A stretch of DNA of 64,000 bases from an uncultured Christensenella sp. (lineage in GTDB: Bacteria > Bacillota > Clostridia > Christensenellales > DTU072), in NCBI GenBank assembly GCA_949285605.1, contig CASDZI010000003.1:42586-106585 (forward strand). Reading direction: 5' to 3'. The position numbers and the translations under genes were made by a program. Below are positions 57,943 through 64,000 of the stretch, one piece after another; position 1 is the stretch's first letter; every line of letters starts with the position of its first letter. The notes beneath the pieces were generated by a model that did no database searches, had not been told where the DNA came from, and saw nothing but the letters and a program-made list of their open reading frames with translations.

Positions 57943-59103
57943 TCAGTCGTAATTAACCGTTACCCTCTTCCCCATGGCTTTCAGGTTGGAGGTAAGACTC
58001 TCCACCAGTTTGAGTTTCATGGTTATGTCTATGGGCAATCCCTGGTGGGCGGCGTTTATGCTCTGTCCCACGAAAAAGTTTATGTCCGTCCCTTCCTCGA
58101 ACAATACCTTGGCAAGCAGGCTCGCTCCGTCCTGTTTTTTGAAGGTCTTGGGGGTAAGGTCGCAATTTGAAAGGTATTTTTCCGAAAGGAGCAGAAGTTT
58201 ACGGAGCGTGATGACTCCCTCGGTGGTGAGGTCTATCCCGTCGATGTGCCCTATAGGCGGCACGTCCTTGTCGGGAAAATCGAAACTCGTCTCCACCTTT
58301 TTCCCGAGATGACGAGCGACTATAAGGGAACTGGTCCCTCCGCAAACCACCTTTTTCCCTTCTCCCGCCAGAAATCTTTCCACATAAAAATCGTCTTTGG
58401 TCTTGTCCACGGGCGGTCCCACCATGACGTTGACCTGAAGTTTTTCCCTGACTCTCACCGCCGCCACAGTGGTATCGTCGCCGGGTTTGTCGAGATAGAG
58501 GTCGTTGCAGGCTCCGGCCAACAGACACGCCACGCAACTTGCCGTCATACCCGGGCGGACGTTCTTGTCGAAGTATTCCATCACCTCTTTCCGCTGCCAG
58601 CCGAAATTCATCAACATTCCTATCCCGGCGTGAATGACTCCGTCGCTCATCACCACTATGTAGTCGCCTGCCGAAAGTTTCAGTTCGGATTTATAGACCG
58701 TTTTGTCTAAAATAACCATCTTTTCACGGGGAAGTTCGGTGCATTTGCCGTCGTGAATGTAAATTGCGGGAGGGTTATCGAATTCGAACAGATACCCTTC
58801 TCCTTGCTCGTTAATGTGCACCACCGAAAAAGTGGCGTAAGCTACCTGCCGTACCTTACATACGGGTAAGGACTGAATTATGGTTTCTATACAGTCCTCC
58901 ATAGGTATATCGTTGGATACCATAGTGCAAAGAATTTTACTGGTAAGCGTGGCGAGAATATTCGCCTTTACTCCGCTGCCCAGTCCGTCGGCAAGCACCA
59001 AAGTGGTGTACTCGCCGTTTTTAGCGTATTCCACCCTGTCTCCGCAGAGTTCTTCCCCCTTCTTGTTGAGAGAAGTATAACCGTATTCCAGACAAAGCGA
59101 CAT
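57943..59103 (-). CDS. PP2C/SpoIIE-family serine phosphatase with C-terminal extension
   Basis: The pattern is CGDRVEY...LADGLGSGVKANILA...VMSDGVIHAG. A TAATG overlap joins it to the upstream HydS gene. Confidence 0.8.
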   Translation of the reverse strand: MSLCLEYGYTSLNKKGEELCGDRVEYAKNGEYTTLVLADGLGSGVKANILATLTSKILCTMVSNDIPMEDCIETIIQSLPVCKVRQVAYATFSVVHINEQGEGYLFEFDNPPAIYIHDGKCTELPREKMVILDKTVYKSELKLSAGDYIVVMSDGVIHAGIGMLMNFGWQRKEVMEYFDKNVRPGMTASCVACLLAGACNDLYLDKPGDDTTVAAVRVREKLQVNVMVGPPVDKTKDDFYVERFLAGEGKKVVCGGTSSLIVARHLGKKVETSFDFPDKDVPPIGHIDGIDLTTEGVITLRKLLLLSEKYLSNCDLTPKTFKKQDGASLLAKVLFEEGTDINFFVGQSINAAHQGLPIDITMKLKLVESLTSNLKAMGKRVTVNYD

Positions 59104-60800
59104 TATTCCTCCGTCGTCTCCCCGTTCTGCAGGGTCTTTTTAAGCTGTAATAACGCAACCTTAGTCTCAGCCGTGGTTTCGCCGAGAAGGGACGCTATCT
59201 CCTGCGCCACTCTCATTTGCTTTTTGATGACTTCGTCGGTGGTGGCGAGCGTGTCGAGTTTGACCTTGTTGAGCTTTTCGCTGTATTCCACGTTGTCGGT
59301 GATGTCCTTCATGACCGCAAATACGGTCTTGTGTTCGCTGAGCACCACTAAGTTGAGTTCTATATATTTCTTGGTCTTGTTGATAAAGACCTTCTTTTTC
59401 GATAAATTCTTGTTTTCCACCAAAGCCGAAATCAGATCGGCGGAATCGAATGCGTCGAAAGCGCTTATCCCTTTGGCGTCGGTGTTGTCTATGCCGAGAA
59501 GGGTCTTGGCTCTGGCGTTTATTTCGGCGATGCGGTAATCGCTGTCCAGCACCACTATTCCGTTAGGACTGTTCTGGATTATCTCGAAACTCATGCTTTC
59601 CGCCTTTTCTCTCATATAAGGCAGACACATATCCAGTTCGGCATAGCCGTTGATGACGGCTATCGCCTTTTCCCGACAGGTGGAATATCCGCACGCCCCG
59701 CAATTATACTGCTTTTCGGGAGTGCTCTTCCCAGTGCGAGCCATAACCTCGTTTATCTCCCTTTCGGTGGGGATTATCCTGTGCTTTCTTATCCTCGGGA
59801 ATTCGCAACGCAATTCCTGCCCGTCCACGGCGGGCATAACGAAATCGCTCCTGCCTTCGGCGACGTAACGGCGTATCTTCGCCCCCGCCTTGACGGCTCC
59901 TCCCTCCAACAGACTGCACGGACCGTTGACGCAGGCGAAATCGCAGCAGTTGAGTTCCAGAAAAGTCTTGTCCAGCTGTTCGATGTTCTCCAAAACGTCC
60001 ATTACCCTTTCCACTCCGTCCACGGCGACGTACTCGTACCCTTCCGGACAAGCGGGGAAACTCTTGATGATACCGTGACTTATGGGGTAATATTTGGCTA
60101 TGTTCTTTACGCCGCCCTCCGTTCCCGGCAAAACGGCTATTTCGTCGAGCTTTACGTTAGACGCCTCGAACAGATCTTTCAGTTCCTCGAAAGTGAGCAC
60201 TCCGTCCAACAATCCGCTCTCGTGCGCCTCCCTCTTTTTGGCGATACAGGGACCTATAAATACGAGTTTGGCATTCGGATATTTCTTTTTCAGTATTTTG
60301 GCGTGGGCGAGCATCGGGCTGTCCACGGGGGCGAGGTAAGGTAAAGCCTGCGGATAGAAAAGCTGTATCAAACGGTTTATCGCAGGGCAGGCGCTGGTAA
60401 TGAAGTTTTTATACTTGCCGCTCTCGAGAAGTTTGGCATACTCTGCGGTAACCGCCGCCGCCCCTACGGCGGTTTCTTCGGCTTCGGCAAATCCGAGTTT
60501 TCCCAAAGCTATGCGGAACACTGCGAAATTGTCTATCCCGAAAGAAGATATGAAACTCGGCGCCACGCTTGCGACGACCGGCGTTCCTCCTTTCAGCAAC
60601 GCCTTGACTTCGTCGGTCTCGGTATGCACCGTTTTGGCGTCCTGCGGACATACCGTGGTGCACTTCCCGCAAAGAATACATTGTTCCTCAATGATTTTCG
60701 CCTGGTGGTTTTCGAATTTTATCGCCTTGACAGGACAAACTCTCAGACATTTGTAGCAATCCTTGCAACGGGCGTTCTTGAAATCCAGATATACCGTCAT
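59103..60800 (-). CDS. hydS: Sensory-type [FeFe] hydrogenase homolog (HydS/HfsB-like: ferredoxin domain, H-domain, extra 4-Cys motif, PAS domain)
   Basis: It has N-terminal CKDCYKCLRVCP and CILCGKCTTVCP motifs. The H-domain motifs are ITSACPAI, GPCIAKKRE and ELNCCDFACVNGPC. These are followed by CGACGYSTC, a PAS-like region (FEIIQNSPNGIVVLDSDYRIAEINARAKTLLG) and a helical tail. Confidence 0.8.
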   Translation of the reverse strand: MTVYLDFKNARCKDCYKCLRVCPVKAIKFENHQAKIIEEQCILCGKCTTVCPQDAKTVHTETDEVKALLKGGTPVVASVAPSFISSFGIDNFAVFRIALGKLGFAEAEETAVGAAAVTAEYAKLLESGKYKNFITSACPAINRLIQLFYPQALPYLAPVDSPMLAHAKILKKKYPNAKLVFIGPCIAKKREAHESGLLDGVLTFEELKDLFEASNVKLDEIAVLPGTEGGVKNIAKYYPISHGIIKSFPACPEGYEYVAVDGVERVMDVLENIEQLDKTFLELNCCDFACVNGPCSLLEGGAVKAGAKIRRYVAEGRSDFVMPAVDGQELRCEFPRIRKHRIIPTEREINEVMARTGKSTPEKQYNCGACGYSTCREKAIAVINGYAELDMCLPYMREKAESMSFEIIQNSPNGIVVLDSDYRIAEINARAKTLLGIDNTDAKGISAFDAFDSADLISALVENKNLSKKKVFINKTKKYIELNLVVLSEHKTVFAVMKDITDNVEYSEKLNKVKLDTLATTDEVIKKQMRVAQEIASLLGETTAETKVALLQLKKTLQNGETTEE

Positions 60801-60812
60801 TTTTACCTCGTT

Positions 60813-61061
60813 CTAAAATGTAACAAAAGGATAAATCTCGGTCAGAAATTTATCCTCTGCGTTTTCGGGAGTAAACCCGGTAATGAGTTTGTCGTCACTT
60901 TTTACCGTGACGCCCTGGGCGCAACGCCCGAGGCAAAAACTTGCCTTGAGCGTTACGACGTCTTCCACTTCGTATTTTTTAAGTATTCTCTGCAATTCGG
61001 CGATAACGTCCTGCGATCCTTTCAGATGGCAGGAACTGCCTACGCATACTTCCAGTTCCAT
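60813..61061 (-). CDS. Thioredoxin-like [2Fe-2S] ferredoxin domain protein
   Basis: This 82-aa protein has CVGSSCH...CLGRC, a Cys-x4-Cys...Cys-x3-Cys pattern. Confidence 0.75.
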   Translation of the reverse strand: MELEVCVGSSCHLKGSQDVIAELQRILKKYEVEDVVTLKASFCLGRCAQGVTVKSDDKLITGFTPENAEDKFLTEIYPFVTF

Positions 61062-61067
61062 ACTTAA

Positions 61068-61310
61068 CTATTTAACTTTGGGCAGAATTTCTTTTTCGAA
61101 AAATTCCTTGGTAGTGGCAGGAGTCAGACTGTAATCTACGCCGTCCACCGTCACGGACACTCCGTCGTGGCATCTGCCGAGACAGAAAGTGCCTCCGAGA
61201 TCCACCACGTCTTTAAGGTCGTGTTTAGCGATGAGATACTGAAGTTCTTCGACAACCTGTCTGGAACCTTTAATATGACAAGAGCTTCCTATACAAACGG
61301 TAATTTTCAC
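61068..61310 (-). CDS. Thioredoxin-like [2Fe-2S] ferredoxin domain protein (tandem paralog)
   Basis: This 80-aa protein has CIGSSCH...CLGRC, and is clearly paralogous to the next gene. Confidence 0.75.
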   Translation of the reverse strand: MKITVCIGSSCHIKGSRQVVEELQYLIAKHDLKDVVDLGGTFCLGRCHDGVSVTVDGVDYSLTPATTKEFFEKEILPKVK

Positions 61311-61331
61311 AATCCACCTCCTGAAATGATT

Positions 61332-62087
61332 TTATTCGTAATCCACAACGTCTACCCAGTGGAGCAGGAATTCTCTCTCCTCTTTCTTGCCCTTTACGAG
61401 CTGACTTGCCGCAACGATAGGTATCCATTTCTGGACGTATTGTTTGGCGGTGTCGCTCTTCTTGCAGAACAGATCGAGGTATTTCTTTGCGCCTTCGATG
61501 TTGCCGTCCAGCCAGAAAAGAAGGTACGTTCTCGCAACGTCGGCGGAAGCGTTCCCCTGGGTAGCGTGCGACCAGTCGATAATAAACGGCGTGCCGTCCT
61601 TTGCGATTATGATATTGCTGGGGTTGAAGTCGCCGTGGCAGACTTTGTTGTGCTTGGGCATGGATTCCAACCTGGTATGCAGATCGTAACGGGTAGTGGC
61701 GTCGAGATCGGCTTCGCTGATCTTACGGTTCATTTTATCTTTGAGTTTATTCAGAAGAGGAGCGCGCTGCTCGTGAACTTTCATCTGTAAATCCACGAAA
61801 AGTTCCAGATATTCGTCGAATTTGTCGGGATTTTCACTCATAAGTTGCGCAAGAGTCTTACCTTCGACGTAGTCTAAGATAATCGCCCATTTGCCGTCGA
61901 TTTTGCAGACTTCTTCGAGTTTGGGAATGTTCAAAGCCGTCTCTTCCACCCTCGCCTGATTGAGGGCTTCGTTCAAGATGTTGGCTTTGGAAAAACTTTC
62001 GTCGAACAGCTTTATCGCCAGTTTCCCGTCGCGATAAATGGTTTTGTTGTTTCTTACTGCAATTATTCTGTCGAGTTTTACTTCCAT
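61332..62087 (-). CDS. APH/choline-kinase-fold phosphotransferase (putative protein or small-molecule kinase)
   Basis: VCHGDFNPSNIIIAKDG (the HxDxxxxN catalytic loop) and FIIDWSHA (a DFG-equivalent IDW) are present in a 251-aa protein. Confidence 0.7.
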   Translation of the reverse strand: MEVKLDRIIAVRNNKTIYRDGKLAIKLFDESFSKANILNEALNQARVEETALNIPKLEEVCKIDGKWAIILDYVEGKTLAQLMSENPDKFDEYLELFVDLQMKVHEQRAPLLNKLKDKMNRKISEADLDATTRYDLHTRLESMPKHNKVCHGDFNPSNIIIAKDGTPFIIDWSHATQGNASADVARTYLLFWLDGNIEGAKKYLDLFCKKSDTAKQYVQKWIPIVAASQLVKGKKEEREFLLHWVDVVDYE

Positions 62088-62105
62088 TTTTCACGTCCTC
62101 CTTGC

Positions 62106-64000
62106 TTATTTTCCGTAATATGCGTTCAGATACATTTGTTTGATTTCGCTCATAAGCGGATACCTCGGGTTAGCTCCGGTGCACTGGTCGTCGAAGGCCT
62201 GTTCCACCATTTCGTCGAGCGTGTCGAGGAAGTATTTCTCATCCACGTTATAATCCTTGATGGTCTTCTTAATACCGACTTTGGCTTTGAGTTCGTCGAT
62301 GGCTTTGATGAGATTTTCGAGTTTTTCGGAATCGTTCTTGCCCTTGATCCCGAGATAATCGGCTACTTCGGCGTAACGGGCGAGAGTGTGCGGATAAGCG
62401 TACTGCGGGAAAGTACCCATCTTCGGCGGAACTTCTTCGGCGTTGAAACGCAGCACTTCGTCTATCATAAGAGCGTTGGCTACGCCGTGCGGCAGATGAT
62501 GGAAAGCTCCGAGTTTGTGAGCCATGGAGTGGCATACGCCGAGGAATGCGTTCGCAAAAGCCATACCTGCCATAGTGGCGGCGTTAGCCATCTTTTCACG
62601 AGCAACGGGATCGTTCGGTCCGTTGTCATAAGCTCTGGGGAGATATTCGAAGATCATCTTCAGGCTTCTTAAAGCAAGTCCGTCGGTATAGTCGGTGGCG
62701 AGCATAGCGGCATAGGCTTCCATAGCGTGGGTCACGGCGTCGATACCGCTGGCAGCGGTCAGACCCTTAGGAGCGTTCATCATCATATCGGCGTCGACGA
62801 TTGCCATATTGGGCATGAGTTCGTAGTCGGCGAGAGGATATTTTACTCCGCTTCTTTCGTCGGTGATAACGGCAAACGGCGTAACTTCGCTACCGGTACC
62901 TGCCGAGGTCGGCACTGCGATGAAGTAAGCTTTTTCACCCATCTTCGGGAAGGTGTAAACACGTTTACGGATATCCATAAAGCGCATTGCAAGATCCATA
63001 AAGTCCACTTCGGGATGTTCGTACATAACCCACATAATCTTACCTGCGTCCATAGCCGAACCGCCGCCTATCGCTATAATGCAATCGGGCTGGAAGGCGT
63101 TCATGGCGGCAGTACCCTCTTTTGCGCAAGCAAGAGTAGGATCGGGCGCTACGTCGAAGAACGTGGTATGAACGATACCCATTTCGTCGAGTTTGTCGGT
63201 GATGGGTTTGGTGTATCCGTTATTATAGAGGAAAGAGTCGGTTACGATAAACACTTTCTTCTTTCCGAGGACGTGTTTCAATTCGTCCAAAGCTACCGGC
63301 AGGCAGCCTTTCTTCAAATAAACTTTCTGGGGCGCTCTGAACCAAAGCATATTTTCTCTCCTTTCCGCAACTGTTTTAATATTGATAAGATGTTTTACTC
63401 CGACGTTTTCGCTTACGGAGTTGCCGCCCCAGGAGCCGCATCCCAAAGTGAGCGACGGAGCGAGGTTAAAGTTATAGATATCTCCGATACCGCCCTGAGA
63501 ACTGGGGGTGTTTACCAGAATACGGCAGGTCTTCATACGTGCTTCGAATTCGGCAAGCTTGGCTTTCTGCGTGATGGGATCGAGATAAATAGAAGAAGTA
63601 TGTCCGTAACCGCCGTCGGCAATGAGGTGTTCGGCTTTGTCGAGAGCGTCGGCAAAATCCTTAGCCTTGTACATGGCGAGCACGGGAGAAAGTTTTTCGT
63701 GAGCGAACTCTTCGCTTAAGTCCACGCTTTCCACTTCGCCGATAAGAATTTTGGTCTTTTCGGGTACGGTAACGCCGGCTAAAGCCGCGATCTTATAAGC
63801 CGCCTGTCCGACTATCTTGGCGTTGAGAGCGCCGTTTATTATAATGGTCTTACGCACTTTTTCGGTCTCTTCGGGATTGAGGAAATAGCAACCTCTGTCG
63901 GCAAATTCTTTTTTGACTTTGTTGTAAACTTTATCGAGTACGATAACGGACTGTTCGGAAGCGCAAATCATACCGTTATCGAAGGTCTTGGAATGAATAA
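62106..64000 (-). CDS. adhE: Bifunctional acetaldehyde-CoA/alcohol dehydrogenase (C-terminal ~630 aa; N-terminus beyond the right edge)
   Basis: The tail of the ALDH domain (ICASEQS catalytic Cys context) is followed by a linker and an Fe-ADH domain (GGGSAMDAGK, histidine-rich HSMAHKLGAFHHLPHG). The reading frame stays open to position 64000. Confidence 0.93.
   Translation of the reverse strand, partial: IHSKTFDNGMICASEQSVIVLDKVYNKVKKEFADRGCYFLNPEETEKVRKTIIINGALNAKIVGQAAYKIAALAGVTVPEKTKILIGEVESVDLSEEFAHEKLSPVLAMYKAKDFADALDKAEHLIADGGYGHTSSIYLDPITQKAKLAEFEARMKTCRILVNTPSSQGGIGDIYNFNLAPSLTLGCGSWGGNSVSENVGVKHLINIKTVAERRENMLWFRAPQKVYLKKGCLPVALDELKHVLGKKKVFIVTDSFLYNNGYTKPITDKLDEMGIVHTTFFDVAPDPTLACAKEGTAAMNAFQPDCIIAIGGGSAMDAGKIMWVMYEHPEVDFMDLAMRFMDIRKRVYTFPKMGEKAYFIAVPTSAGTGSEVTPFAVITDERSGVKYPLADYELMPNMAIVDADMMMNAPKGLTAASGIDAVTHAMEAYAAMLATDYTDGLALRSLKMIFEYLPRAYDNGPNDPVAREKMANAATMAGMAFANAFLGVCHSMAHKLGAFHHLPHGVANALMIDEVLRFNAEEVPPKMGTFPQYAYPHTLARYAEVADYLGIKGKNDSEKLENLIKAIDELKAKVGIKKTIKDYNVDEKYFLDTLDEMVEQAFDDQCTGANPRYPLMSEIKQMYLNAYYGK

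Overview
The window looks like a chromosomal segment from an anaerobic, spore-forming Firmicute (Clostridia-like). It is roughly 50% G+C, densely coded and mostly on the minus strand. All calls come from motif recognition in the supplied ORF translations and from reading intergenic DNA by eye; no database search was possible.

Most of the window is housekeeping:
- A complete Rnf complex (rnfCDGEAB) with its usual accessory genes (Gx transporter, NusG-II protein, ApbE flavin transferase).
- A P-type cation ATPase preceded by what looks like a yybP-ykoY (Mn2+) riboswitch.
- lysA-like decarboxylase, minDE, guaB, serA-serC, dusB.
- The spoVT / MOP flippase / mazG block, a ComEC-family protein and ppa.
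- A lipid-related cluster (YhhN, acyl-CoA ligase, PAP2, PlsC-like acyltransferase).
- An Eda-VOC fusion, tRNA-Gln, an M29 aminopeptidase, yjbQ, a vWA lipoprotein and uvrBA.
- A GH2 glycosidase, an OmpR-type two-component system, a metallophosphoesterase and an amidohydrolase.
- A long adhE-to-hydrogenase operon containing a PAS-domain sensory [FeFe] hydrogenase (HydS type), a PP2C phosphatase, two thioredoxin-like [2Fe-2S] ferredoxins, an APH-fold kinase and a monomeric [FeFe] hydrogenase.

The best candidate for something new is a ~2 kb AT-rich insert (about 22873..24880) between guaB and the serA block. It carries its own near-consensus promoter and a translationally coupled gene pair: a TIR domain fused to a DUF6273-like domain, followed by a GNAT acetyltransferase. 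No known TIR-system partner is present.

Secondary curiosities are a 1673-aa repeat-rich surface protein with a recent 84-bp tandem duplication, a divergent PocR/AraC regulator and membrane-embedded alpha/beta hydrolase pair, and two paralogous tail-anchored small proteins upstream of uvrB.

No CRISPR array, rRNA, integrase or transposase was seen.
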